A stretch of DNA of 64,000 nucleotides from NCBI RefSeq assembly GCF_003918875.1, contig NW_025767344.1, positions 434,001-498,000 on the forward strand, given 5' to 3'. The notes beneath the pieces were generated by a model that did no database searches, was not told the origin of the DNA, and was given only the letters and a program-made list of their open reading frames with translations. The stretch's first letter is position 1. Each line of letters begins with the position of its first letter. Made by a program: the position numbers and the translations under genes. Origin of the DNA: Haliotis rubra (Eukaryota). Below are positions 38,001 to 50,873 of the stretch, one piece after another.

Positions 38001-41000
38001 AAAATTTGAAAATTTACTATAAATTGTATATTTATATACTTATCCTATCTGATGGGATGGATACCCACCCGACCTGCCCCACTTCACAGATTACTGGACG
38101 CTCAAAGACGAGAATGACAGGCACAAATTGTCACGTGATCATCTGAGCAATCTGCATGCTTTTTGAGATGGTTGACAGGTACTGCTATCGGAGTGGGGGC
38201 AGAGGCCAGGAAGTTTTGATTCAACTTAGCCTACAGCACGTTTTGACACATGGCCGTAGAAGAAGAAGAGAGGTGCATACCTTGAGATAGGATAAGTATA
38301 TAAATAATCATTTTATAGTAAAATTTTCAATAATGAGATGTTGTCAATAAGTCTGAGAACACGATCCATGTGGCCACCTCTTAAAAATACCGCAGGCTGC
38401 GTGGGCCTGGAATTCCCATAGCATGCTGTGTATCAGTTGATGTCACAAATTAAAAAATGAAGCGTTTTCCGTATCCTGGACACACTTACCAGGTTTGCCA
38501 CAGTATCAGTGTTTCGCCATTTTCTTATGCTGGGTCCGAACGTGCTCCCTGCTAGGATCCCACAGAATACCTCAACCAGCATGGACAGACCGTAACCCTT
38601 GTACCCACCTACAGGATGGAGAACACACACTGACCAATATATGACCTACAGAACACACTTTACCTTTCAGTAATTAGAAGGTTAACAGTCATATGACCAT
38701 CTTATCCCACTTGGTACCCATTTTCTGCTGGGTAGACAGAGTCAACTGACCAAACTCATTTGTCTGAGGTATAACCACATATGTCACATGTGCTTGGATG
38801 TGAGGCAGGACATACTATAACCCTTAATATCTTCACTATGTGTGTTGACCTGTCTGATCATCACGATACATCCCTCTAGTGGTAAAACAGTTAATCACAA
38901 GCTGTGAGATATAAACAATACTTTATGAGTTGCACCTGTGAGTTCTGATCCACCGACCATCATCAGGCCCCCACCCTCTATCACAGTCTTCGGGTCATTG
39001 GACTCCTGCAATATAAACAGGTGGGGTGTAGTCTCGGGTGGATTCAGACCTCTATCACAATCTTCGGGTCACTGGAGGCTGCAACAGGGGTATAAACAAG
39101 TTGTATGATAGTAAAGCACTGAGTTGCAGACTGTTCTGTTCCTTTGAAGGGCATTTAGAAGTGGAATGCCTAAGAAAAGCAATATTTATGCAGAACTCCA
39201 GATAAGATTTAGCTCATGTGGGTACTGTACCCACTGTATTTTTTTGGAGCGGGTATAATGAATGTTGAGTGGGTATTTCATCTTCTGTTACCCACTGCTT
39301 TCAAATATGTGCTTATTTCAGTCATTTTACTCACCTAAGTATTATGTCATTGAGTAAGTTTACTAAACAGGTGTGTTCTGCCTTATGTCATACCGAATCG
39401 AAACCAACTTAAATATAATGGAAATGATTTCATAAAAAATCACTCATCCTATACTGACAGTACAACACTTGTCCTATACTAACAGTACAACTTGATAGCA
39501 ATAGATGTCTTTTTCATTACGCGATTTTTATAAATATATTCCGTACGCATTTGTTTTAAACTTTTTGCGTATCTAACGTTTCAAATGCGTAATTTGCACG
39601 CAACAATTATTTTTCAATGCGTAATTGGACATTTTCTATGCGTATTTTACCCGGACACGCAGCTTATCTGGGCCTCTGTTTATGGATGTAAATGTCTTTA
39701 TAGTGAATAACACAATGTTTCGGGGTGTATGCTTGCTCCTTCATCAGGTGAATACTCCCTGCCATTTACCTGATGATACTATATGATGTATACTATACTC
39801 AACAGCAAAAGAAACATCAGTTTGGAATTTTCCTTCGCAGAAATGGATAACTGTAAACTCATTTAATGTTTTGATTGTATAGTTTTAACAACATCTCCAA
39901 CTTTACCTGAGCAAAGGCATTCCTTCCCAAACCCAGGAAATGGTCTCAAAAACGCAACATGATCTCGGAGATGGTACAGTGTTCTTCATGTTTTTCATGC
40001 AACTCATGCTGCACGTGCTGTTCACAAGGACCACCCTATAAAATGTACCCCCAAACGTGGTTGAAACATTCACATAACAACGTCAGCAGGATGTCCTTCT
40101 CACAATAGCTCAAAGGAACCAGGCGCTAGGAAGACTTGAAACTGGCCACACTGCACAAGCCGTTGCCAATCAATTCCAGGTCAACGTTCGGACCATCTAC
40201 AGACTGCAGCAACGTTTCCGGGCCACCAACACCACAAATGATCGCCCCGTACTGGCAGACCAAGGGTGACCACAAGACGACAAGACCGCCATGTTGTGCG
40301 ACAGCATGTACAGAATCCCTTCATGCAGGCATCCGAAACAGCACGCCAGACAGTAGGAACTCACGGAAGACCAATCAGTACTGATACAGTAGGCCGACGT
40401 CTTGACAGCGGGAACCTCCATTGCCGTAGACCTTACCATGGACCTATCCTCACCCCTCGTCATCGGAGTGAACACCAAAACTGGCGATACAGGCAATGGA
40501 GAACTGTTCTGTTCACAGATGAGAGTCGGTACTGCGTATCAACTGCAGATGGTAGAACAAGAATATGGTGACGACATGGCCAGCGTTACTCAGACCGATG
40601 TGTAATGGAAAGAGACTCATGGGGAGGTGCAAGCATCATGGTATGGGGTGGAATAGGCCTGGACCAGAAAGTGGGTCCTGTGGTGTTCCAGAACCTCGGT
40701 CCAGGGAGAGGACCAGAGCTACACGTGACTTCCTACAGTAGAACGGTGTCAACATTATGCAGTGGCCAGCCCTTAGTCCTGATTAAAAACCAAGTTGAAA
40801 ATCTTTGGGATGAAATTCAGAGAAGACTGAATAATGTCATACCAAGGCCGAACACAGCCAATTTATTGCGCCAGGCCTTTCTTAGAGTGTGGTTCCAGGT
40901 GCCAATGGCCTTCATCAATCAACTGGTGCACTCCATGCATAGACACTGAGCTGCAGTTATTGCCACTCATGGTGGTCACACTAGATACTAAAGTCAAGAG

Positions 41001-44000
41001 TCTGAATGGACTGCAAACGTTCACGTAATGTCTTGGAATTGTACTGAGTTATTCATTGATGTGTCAAGATATTGTGCACAAAAAATGGTTTTGATCCGCT
41101 TATTTTGTCCATTTCTGTCCTGATTTGATTACAGTGCCTATCTCATTTTGAATTCGTACTGACAGTTTTTTTTGCTGCTGAGTATATTATCTTGGGACTG
41201 GGAGAAGTGAGGCTGTAATGACTGACAGCCTTTGACAGGAGATGCAGTAGGATATTGATCAACCTGTGTAAGATGGACTTACCAGACCATGCTTGTCCAC
41301 ACCCCAGCTGTTAGGAATCTTAATGCCTTTACGGTCGTGGAGTTCAATCTGAGGAGATGCGGATGTCACATTAATTCTTAAAAGTAGCCAACTCCAACAG
41401 GCATGATGTCATGTTTGATGACTGCACACCCTGCTACACTCACACATCGTACAACATATGGGTTAACAGCACTGATGGTACAAAAATCGTGATTCACTGA
41501 TGCCTTCAAGGAATAAGGAGATACTTTAGCCAACGATAAACATGACATAAATCTCTGAGAAAATGAGTTTTACTCAGAGAGTACATTTGCATGGGGCTGC
41601 ATAAGAGAAACATTAATTTCTCCAGATTCTGACTGCTGTCAATGATACACACACAGCATACATAATATAGATAACCTACAATACCCTGATGGGTCATGAC
41701 AAGTGTTACCAAGTGGCTGATGTGGCAGTCAAATTTCAAAACCATTGAACAGTAACGACCCCTGTATGTCAATTTACCTTTTGACAGATTTTCATTACAT
41801 ATTTCCTATGAAAACCTTTTTGGGGTTAAATTTCAATATCAGGATTCTCCTTTATGGAAATATATCCTGAAGGATTGGACCGCCTCCGTGGTGTAGTGGT
41901 TAGAGCATCTGTCTGGAGAGTGGAAGATCGCGGGTTCGATCCCGGGCCGCACCATACCAAAAGATGTTAAAATATGGTACTTGTTGGTAACCGCCTGTAG
42001 CTTGGCATTAATGTGTACAACAAGGACTGGTTGGCTCAGAGTCAGTATAATGTGTCTGAGTGGGGTATTCATGCTTAACTGCGCATGGTATCTCAATGAG
42101 CTTGAGCAGCCATACATACATACTCATGCATGTCGTCATATGAGCGAAATATTCTTAAGTACGACATTAAACCCCATTTCACCTCACCTCACCTGAAGGA
42201 TGTTATCACTGCAGGGTGTATAACATCAGACTTGTACACCGAAACTGATAAAACTGAAATATAATTATTCATCGGTGAAATCTTTCTGACTAACTGAAAG
42301 TCAAGGTGTGAAGAGAGGACCCTCACCTTGCCCAGGGCTACTGTGGTGGTGGCCATGTCAAGGACGAAGTCATCACCATCGTGAGCAGGAGCTGCCAGAG
42401 ACAGAGGGTTTGTCCCTAGTGTGGCCTGCAAACAGTTACATGGGACATGGAGAGGTTGTTCAGAAAACACTCTACCACTAGGGGAATTATAGCTTAGCCA
42501 TTGGGATGACAAAACCTGTATCTTCATACTAAACATTGCATCAATACTTTACACTAAATATAGAGTTAGTGATTCATATCATGCATATTATCATTACTTC
42601 CTACTAAACATAGTTTAAATATTTCAAACGTAACATATTATCAATACTTTCTACTAAACATAGTTTTAATATTTCAAACTTAACATATAATCATTACTTC
42701 ATACAAGACACAACATAATTATAGCTGGACCTTTGAATGATGAAAACTAAAACTTGTATCAACAGTACTACACACTAAACATTCATGAATACTTTGATAA
42801 TATGTTATCTTCTTTTTGTAATCTGTAATCTAAGCTTATATTGGTTTTGGCAATCACAGGGCCTCGTCTTTGGAACTAGGCCCTGGCAGCTGCATTGCAG
42901 CAAACAATGTGTTCACTGCTGATGGAGGAACATACACAAGGAACTTAATGAAGCACCCCCTGTATTATTGCAATGATAGGTTTTCAACATGTGCATAAAC
43001 TTCTCATGGTGACCAAGATGGAAAAACATGAGTTTTCAGGACTCAATTTAGTGCTTTGTTACTTGCACTGGTGCAACCCAATATTACAAAGTGCAACCTA
43101 GTTATTAGTCTAACTTGCACCAGGTGCAAGTCAATTATTGAGAAATAATCAACAATAAATCTAACATTCTAAGCATAATTATGCGAGCTCATTTTTATCC
43201 TAAACGTTGAATAGCTATGGCACCGAAACATTGCTACCGTTAGACACATCTCAGCTATGACAGCTCTTGTAAACAGGGATCAGCTGTGTCTGTGTGTTGC
43301 TATGTTTTCATGGGTACTACATCACGGAAATATGTTTATGTGCACTGAAACCTCTGACGTTTTAAATACTACGTTGCAACTGAAATTTTGCTGGTGCAAC
43401 TAGGTTTTTATCTTAGGTTTTACCTGGTGCAAGTAGGTTAACATATCTTAAATCGAGCAGTTTTTTCTGACCCGTATGATCCTTTGACTCATTAAAATCT
43501 ACAAAATGATTGGAATCCATATTGATTTTATGATGATAATTGCTTATTTTAAAAAAACCAACTGATTTTCATACAGAACCATGTCTGTACAACCAAGGCC
43601 ATGGAATGTTTTATGTTGAATTTATTGGTTCATGGGAACAATAAAAATGTCATTTTGTGTGTCTTAGGGCATCATTTCTTTTTATGTGTTTCATGTAGCC
43701 ACCAAATTCTGAACATGGGTCGGTCGGTCAGAAAAAACAAACAAACTAAACAATACCTAAAATGTAATAGAGACAAATTTATCATCCAAAACTGTGTTCC
43801 ACAGGACAATGCCCTGACAAAGCTATGACGTCATGTACTTGATGACGTCACAATGCTATGACATCGCTGCACTGCAAGTCTAATGACAGTACCATGTTCA
43901 GAGATGTACATTTTTCATTGAAAATTAATGAAGAGTGATTTTCGATGATAAATAGAATCTCACCCTCATGTGTCTTCTGATATCAAATATCAGTTGATAT

Positions 44001-47000
44001 AATTGATATCAGAAGACACTTGGGTGAGATTCTCTATTTATCCCGATTAATGTTCTTGATTCTCATTTATTATTATTATTATTATTACAATGTCTCGTAT
44101 TCTTTGGACTTGTGGCAGTGACTGATTAAAACATTTTAGATAGATAAACATTTTATATGAAGAGGTGGTACATTTTAGGGTCGAGTCGGCGGTGTTGGAA
44201 TGAACAAAAAAGGTTTTTGGGGTGTCTGCAATAAAATTAGAATGGTCAGGCTGGCGAAGAGAAACACAAAAAATAAAAATGCTGTCCTTCATGGTCAATA
44301 CCGAGTGTAACCTCCATGTGACAGCCAGCACACTCCTCCTCATACCCCCTGTCAGCCTCCTGATCCTCTGAAGGGACAGTCTACTCCATTCCTCATGTAA
44401 AGCAGCTTCAAACTGGGCCAGGTTCTGCACAGGAGGATACCTTTGTTACACACAATGACCAATCATGTCTCAGCCATGCTCCAAAGGGTAAAGATCAGGG
44501 CTCACTCAATCATGAGATATGTCAGGGGGTGCACAACTAAGTTCCTTGTGTACAGATAATATGAGCCTTATGAAGTATTGACAGTCACTGGGAGTGTGGG
44601 TACGTCTCTCCAGTCTCCACTATACCTTTCTAGCTCTCGTTGGTACAGACAAGGGAGACGTGTTGGTGAAGGTCATACCCTGCAAGAAACGACCTTACTA
44701 TACATTTAACATTACAAACAACAGCACTCAGTAACACATCATTACATTATGTTTAAAATTATGCTTAACATAATACACAAGAGCAGTCTAATTCACACAT
44801 AATATATAACTGCCTTCCCTTATAGATGATGATGATGTGGGTATTTATTGTACGCTTTCAGACATAATGCATATTTCTGTCGTAATCTTCCCTTATAGAT
44901 TGAAATGGTATTCAAATTACATTACAGCACACAAATAGTAGGTAGAGGGTTTGCATGTCTGGCTTATTGAGCTTCTGTATCACGCTTCAGATATGACAGG
45001 GGATTGAGTCATGTTGTTTTTTCGTTTGGTGTAATGCAAGACTTGTGATTGCAGCTGAAAATGTAACACTTAGGATAATGTCACTATCTAGACAACATCT
45101 GTTATGATTATGTCAACATCTGTTACAAGAGTTGACTGACATCTTAACACAGGCGAGTTGAGTTGAGTTGAGTTGAGTTGGGGTGGGGTGGGGTGAGGTG
45201 AGGTGAGGTGGGGTGGGATGAGGTGAGGTGAGGTGAGGTGAGGTGAGGTGAGGTGTAATTGTGTTTAACATTGAATTTAGATTATTCTGATGAGTGTGTG
45301 CATGTTTGTATGCATGTGTGAGTGTGTGCATTGCTTGTTTATTTGTTGTCTGAACCATTGCTGGCTTGATTATGCAAGCTAGCTGAGATACTACAGATTA
45401 ACATGGATACCCCTTTTCTGACCAGTATACCCTCTCGGAGCTGACCAGTCCTTGTTATATTCCCATAAAGCCAGCACCGCACAGGGTAACAAGTACCATG
45501 TTATACTAGTAAATGTTTGGATAAATTCAACTCACAAGGAGGCCCTGTTGCGCTGCCAGCATGGAATACCAGCCTGCAATACCAAAATGGTTGGACCCTG
45601 CAACACGTAGAAGAATTGTTTTTACATTTGCATGTTGGATTTTCAGGCCTAAATAGACAAATGGTCACATGAGATTTCCCACTCTTCTCCCTCCTCCTTT
45701 CTAACATAAATACTCATGGCATATGATGTTGTTATTAACCTCAAGTACAATCTATATACTGTCCTACCTAACGTTCATTCTTCATGCTAATCATACTTTT
45801 AGTTATGTACACAGATGCCACGATTTGTTTATCAAAACCCAATAAATAATGAAGACAAAATGCCTCCTGTTTTATATTTTGAAAACATTTCGAAAAACTA
45901 CAATTGTTCTTATTTTGTGACTTTGCTGCTTGACTATTATAAACATTTATTTATTATTTAATATTTTAAACATCCATCAGCGTTTCGGATAATTTTGAAG
46001 ACTCAATGATTTCTATATTGACACGTCCAGTATAGATGGTATTGGTACCTTTAGCGGCCACCAAGCCTACCCCTGCGGACATGGCTTTCTGGATGGCTTA
46101 GATCCATGCTGAAGTTGCCCACCACTGGACCAAGAACGTTGTTTACATCTACGCGCGCTGTGGCGGCCGACTCCTGGATAATGCTAGGATCAGCGTCGCT
46201 GACTGTTATTCCTGATTCGATGTCATGAATGTACATATCTGCAGCAGGGCAAAAGACAACACAAGCAAAATGATAATTTATTGCCAAAAGAGTCACACTG
46301 AAATCAGAGACCATATAATAGATATTGTATGGTCTCTGCTGAAATAAATTGTACACATGCCAAGACAATGAAGGCCAAACACATGATATCGGAGGTATAT
46401 TTGAGGGCAAATTATATAGTTCTGTAGACACAGATACATTGGCTAACATAGGCGGCACTGCCATTAAGTATAATTTCAAAAACAAACCGTAATTCATGTT
46501 CTTTTCAGTCTTTTTCTGGATTGTCCTCATGTAATGTACTTTTTATCCTATAACAGACATTGTTTGCGGAGTCACAAACCAAGCAAAAAACTCAGAAGGC
46601 TTATCACGATCCGATAAAGATGCACATGTGTTTCTGAAGGCAAACATGGCAGTAAATCATTTAGCAATACTATTTTCGCTGGTTCACACCAACACTGATT
46701 TCTGGACATAAACAAGAGTTATATGTAGTATACACTAAAAACTGTTCAAATCGATAGAAATCTATTTATCCACTGGAGTCTGTTCCGCGACGTCCTGATA
46801 CCACCTTAAGCGTAGACCGATTACAGTAAGGCGCACCTAGTCTGTTGAGGCCATGACTGTAATGTCCTCTATGATCAGCTGTTACCAAGTTGTTCGCCAG
46901 AGAGGTGGCATGGTCCGCGCGTGTTCCAACAGTTGCCATGCAGTCTTCTATAAATCGCTGAACTTCCTTTACAGGTACAGCTGGCCATGAATCCGATGCA

Positions 47001-47083
47001 CTACAGTAGGAGGAGTGACATGGCGACTGCCTCCCCGCCTGCAGCAGTTTAGAAGGTCGGAAAAGTTTACGCAGCGTTGCCAT
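32052..47083 (-). CDS. Ldh_2-family (malate/L-lactate/sulfolactate dehydrogenase-like, YjmC/ComC-type) oxidoreductase; frameshifted in exon 2, possible pseudogene
   Basis: Exons 47083-46837, 46238-46049, 45597-45536, 44679-44626, 42425-42327, 41348-41283, 39005-38936, 38608-38490, 32708-32613, 32162-32052. Motifs: ADHRGHYSHGLNRL, SNHFGIAG, FTNTSP, GTNPLSLAAP, FVLDMATT, GGYKGYGL, GQCFIAIDP, AGDPE. The N-terminus is Arg/Leu/Ser-rich, like a mitochondrial presequence. The terminal exon was not identified; unspliced read-through stops at 32025. Confidence 0.85.
32190..32600. repeat. Degenerate pyrimidine-rich minisatellite
   Basis: Recurrent AAACCCTGCTCTT-like units fill the intron between exons 32613 and 32162. 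Confidence 0.6.
32818..38330 (+). mobile_element. DIRS1-like tyrosine-recombinase retrotransposon, decayed, in intron 8 of the Ldh_2 gene
   Basis: ~200-bp inverted terminal repeats (32828-33029 / 38110-38297) and an internal complementary region at ~37975-38050. Coding remnants: gag-like Cys/His finger (PHALCVDCLG), RT (GDYMVSLGIQDAYVHIPI..HRKFLRFAF), RNase H (DASLHGVGA..HINILELRAV..SDN), methyltransferase-like domain (VDLFAT..DALAIPW..YTYSP) and YR (HETRALAST). Many stops and frameshifts. Confidence 0.92.
39191..39678. mobile_element. MITE (hAT-like ends)
   Basis: Imperfect TIR CAGAACTCCAGATAAG / CTTATCTGGGCCTCTG; TTTATG on both flanks. Confidence 0.65.
39712..39778 (-). ncRNA. Hammerhead-ribozyme-like core (Penelope pLTR-type), probably decayed
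   Basis: Minus strand CTGATGA-AGGAGCAAGCATACACCCC-GAAAC (39747-39717), with an inverted partial copy CCTGATGA at 39769-39776. Confidence 0.5.
39796..41184 (+). mobile_element. Tc1-family DNA transposon, defective
   Basis: TA-flanked TIRs TACTCAACAGCAAAAGAAAC / GTTTTTTTTGCTGCTGAGTA. Transposase remnants: GRPRVTT, WRTVLFTDESRY, IMVWGGI, WPALSPD..ENLWDE, GGHTRY*. The second catalytic Asp region is deleted. Confidence 0.9.
41876..42194 (+). mobile_element. tRNA-headed SINE with a Meta-like central domain
   Basis: A-box TGGTGTAGTGG, B-box GGTTCGATCCC, central AAGGACTGGTTGGCTCAGAGTCAGTATAATGTGTCTGAGTGG and a (TCACC)n tail. A decayed reverse copy lies at ~45180-45500. Confidence 0.75.
44290..44510 (-). 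mobile_element. Tc1 transposase 3' fragment
   Basis: NLAQFEAALHEEWSRLSLQRIRRLTGGMRR followed by a GYTRY*-like end. Confidence 0.65.
45156..45254. repeat. (AGTTG)n/(GGTGA)n pentanucleotide microsatellite
   Basis: Expanded tail of the reverse Meta-like SINE. Confidence 0.9.
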
Positions 47084-47130
47084 TTTGTCAAAGGGAGGTT
47101 ACTCCAAAGTATTAAGCCAATTCCTCTCTT

Positions 47131-47273
47131 GTGAGTGAGTGAGTATGGTTTTACGCCGCTTTTAGCAATATTCCAGCAATATCATGGCGGGGGACACCAG
47201 AAATAGACTTCACACATTGCATCGGTGTGGCGAATCGAACCCGGTGCTTCGTTGTGACGAGCGAACTCTTTTA
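47131..47273 (-). mobile_element. SINE family A copy immediately upstream of the Ldh_2 start codon
   Basis: Family A body and tail in reverse, ending ~50 bp before the ATG at 47083. Confidence 0.8.
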
Positions 47274-47659
47274 AGTGATATACGCATATCAAATTACATT
47301 AACATACACGAATTGTGTGTATTATGAATATAGTCAAAATATACTTTCGCATTCATTGTTACAGGGAGACTATATATATATGAAAAGTGACCAATGTAGC
47401 CAATATGGCGGCAGCGTAGTTTTTAAGATTGATCCCGGTTTATTTTCAACAGCTGATTACATACGCTGAGTGTTGTGACAACTGAAAACCTACATGTAGA
47501 AGATAAGTGACCTATTCTGTCACTTCATTTTAAGTCAAATAATTGTTATTGGTGTCAGTATGAGTACAAAAGATTTGTAGTAAAGTTTCAAGTCGGCATG
47601 TTGTAGCTCACTGGCTTCAGTTCTCAGTACACAGCGAAGAAAGACTAAATTATATCGCT

Positions 47660-48160
47660 AAAAACTTCTTTCACATATTCGTTTAATTTTTAGAAGGGAA
47701 ATATACTTTTAGTTGAAAGGTGTTTGCAAGTAAAAGTGATAGTTTTATAACTAAAAAATTTTGTTAGGGTGTATTTGAGGTGTGTGAAAAGTATGACATA
47801 TCGCCGATCTGCCATTGAAATACTACAGGGCGTTGTTGGAGTGTTTCTAGTTATTGTTCTAAAACATCTTTCACATACACCTTTAATTTTGTATGAGGGG
47901 AATATACCATCAGGTGAAAGGTGTTTGCAAGTAATAGTGATAGTTTTATAATTTAAATTTTTTTTAGGGTGTATTTGAGGTGTGTGAAAAATATGACATA
48001 TCGCCGATCTGTTCTGATACGCCATTGATGCTTGTGATGCTTGAGTGTTATAGTTCTAAAACTTCTTTATTTCTTGTTGATCTTAGTATGTGACAAAACT
48101 GGAAAGGTGTTTACAACGCTTTGTGATAGTTCTAAACTTTCTGTTTTTTGAGGGGTGTGT
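47660..48160. repeat. ~200-bp tandem duplication (about 2.5 copies)
   Basis: GAAAGGTGTTT(G/A)CAA..GTGATAGTT recurs at ~47715, ~47916 and ~48102. Confidence 0.8.
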
Positions 48161-48769
48161 GACAGTGTCAGTTAACATTCTGTCAATGCCCATGCCATTC
48201 CACACATGCAATAAGATATCTGAATTAGTTACTAATTTAAAAAAATATCTCAAAGTAGATTTTTAAAAAAAGGACAGCTAATGTTAACACATGTGTTCTA
48301 CCGATAGTTTTGCGTTCTTTAACATGTTTGGGGAGGGATGGCCGTGATGTATCATTTAATCTTTCATTCATTCACATATGTATTTCTTTCTTTTGTTCTG
48401 TTTCTTTATTTCTTTCATTCATTCACATATAATTCTTGTTCTCAATTCATTCATTCATTCATTCATTGTAAAATTCCGACTGATACAATACACTGGCTGA
48501 AGTACTGTTAAACGCAGCCGAAGTTGCGCTGGGAACGAACCAAGTCACTGTGTTCGTTGGAGCATGACGAGGCACACGCTAATTAGTACAAATGGTAAAG
48601 AAAGCAAGCGAGTGACCTATCCCTGTTGTAGAGTATCCCTGATTGGTATAATATTATAGTTTTATTTCTTAATTTCCCCTTGCAGAATATAGTGTTTCTG
48701 AATGCCTTCCATATCTACACGTTATATTGACCATAACGGTGCACATATTGGGCCACACGTCGGATCAGC

Positions 48770-49640
48770 GTTTTATTTGGAGAATTTTCCCATTGTGTCT
48801 TCACTCGAATTGTTTAACGGAATAATCCAGCCAATTCTTTTATATGGATCGGAAGTTTGGGGGATTAAAAGTAACAAGAATTTAGAAAAAGTTCATACTA
48901 AATCCTGTAAATTCATTTTGAAAAGTGGACATAAAGCTGCTAATAAACTTATACTAGCAGAAAGTGGACGCTTCCCTCTAGTCATCAATGCTCGCTGCCG
49001 AGTACTATCGTTCTGGATAAGATTGATCAGACAGCCTCTTAACAGAATAGCCAGAAACAGTTATGATCTTCTAAAGAAATTAGATGGTACGGGGGGATAT
49101 AAAGTGGGTCTCACCTGTACGTGAATTATTGTTTCAATGTGCATTTGGCCATGTATGGATCGCACAAGATGTTGGCGACAGGGATTCTTTATTAAAAATG
49201 TTTAAACAACGATATAAAGATATATACCAGCAGGAATGGTTCCATGACGTCCGTTCTTCAAGTAGTATTAGTTATTATGCTTAATCAAAATCCTTTATCA
49301 AACCTTTATCAAACCTGAATTATATCTATCTTCTCTAATATCTAACCATCTACGCAGAATTGTAACTATGTTCAGATGTAATGGCCATGATTTTAAGATG
49401 AAAACTGCAAGGTTTTCTAAACACCCGTATGATCAAATTACCACTTGTGATCATTGTTACCTCACAGAGGATGAATACCATATACTTTTAGAATGCCCTC
49501 AATATTCATGTTTAAGATATAAATACTTACCTTTATATCTATGTAGACAACCATCAAAAGAAAAGATTATTGCTGTTTTAACAACGGATGGCGTGCAACT
49601 ACTGTACAAGTTAGCCTTATTACTATACCATATAAATCGC
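48770..49640 (+). mobile_element. Non-LTR retrotransposon ORF2 3' fragment (RTE-X-like)
   Basis: [25 protein letters not shown] and the C-terminal CCHC CDHC..EDEYHILLECPQY; contains frameshifts. Confidence 0.8.
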
Positions 49641-49643
49641 AAT

Positions 49644-50810
49644 ATAGTCCAGGAGGAGAATCTCAAAAGGGGCCTAGAAATAGGATTTCGTAGCCTCCCC
49701 AGTACTGATTTTGCTACCATGCAATACGACGTAAATAGCATACCATAGATAGAAAGTGAAATATACAGTTATTGCCGATTTGATCTATTAGTCCAGGAGG
49801 AGGCAGCTGAAAAATTTCAAATCGTAGCCTCCCCAGGACTGATTTTGTTTGACACTATTTTCAGTTAGTATGATGTCTTGGACTCATGAAAAGGCCTGTA
49901 ATACTCTCAGATTGTGGTATCAGTTGTTTTTTACAGGCCATTATATGTGGTGGGGGTCTGGGGGCATTTTCGTCACATTTGGTTTGCTGCCCGACAACAC
50001 CTCAAAGTTAATCATGAATAGTTTTACTACTATCAATCTGATCACTTTCATCTTGACTTCTGTGTACTGCTAAAGGATGTAGAAATTATTTGACATAATT
50101 TTGTTTTGAAAACAAAATCAAAATGGCCGCCATTTTGTTTTGTCGTGTTTTGCCTTCTCAGCACTTAAATCTACATAAAAATGTACACCGAATGTTTCCA
50201 TTTACATCCAAAGTTGATACTTTTGATGTGTTTTGACACTTGTTTCTCCTAGAATGATGGCTTGGGCACAAAACAAGTCATTTTGTATGGTCATAGCATG
50301 GTAATTTAATGTTTTACAGCTTATTCTTTGAGACAGGGGTATTTTGGCATTTCTCAGACTTTTCATGGAAATGTGTCAGAGTGATTTATTTAATGGCAGT
50401 TAACATTATTTTTGTTACTAAAACAAGTTGTACTTGTTTTCTCTTTACTTCTAGAGTGACGGCATGTTATTAGGAATGTTTACATATTACCCAGAATTCA
50501 AAATGGCCGCCAAAATGGCCGCCATTGTAGTTTAACTACATATACTTAGTGGAGGACTAAATTTGTAATTTGATATGAAATCCAAACAAATCATTTGGTG
50601 TCTAATGTTGAATACAGTATAGGAAAAGAGCTAAATTTCAATGATAAGGTCATTCAAAGCTTCACACTCCTAAAATATTTGATGAAATAACATTATCCAA
50701 AAGTTTTTGAAAACTATGCTTCATGGCCGATAACTACGTCTAAGTTTTGGTTGTAGGCATTCAAATTGTTCTATCAGATAACTCTTAATCACTTTTGATA
50801 CATCCATAAG
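49644..50810. mobile_element. Non-coding DNA transposon relics (possibly Academ-type ends)
   Basis: Two related starts TAGTCCAGGAGG...TCGTAGCCTCCCCAG (49644, 49789) and repeated AAAATGGCCGCC motifs (50121, ~50500). Confidence 0.35.
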
Positions 50811-50873
50811 CTTGCAATTAACCCTCCTTTTCACTTTCTTTCATTTCATATGTTACTTCATGTCACAATCAGA

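Noticed and set aside
41876-41950. tRNA gene
   Set aside because: It has A/B boxes but no clean cloverleaf and continues into a SINE body and tail.
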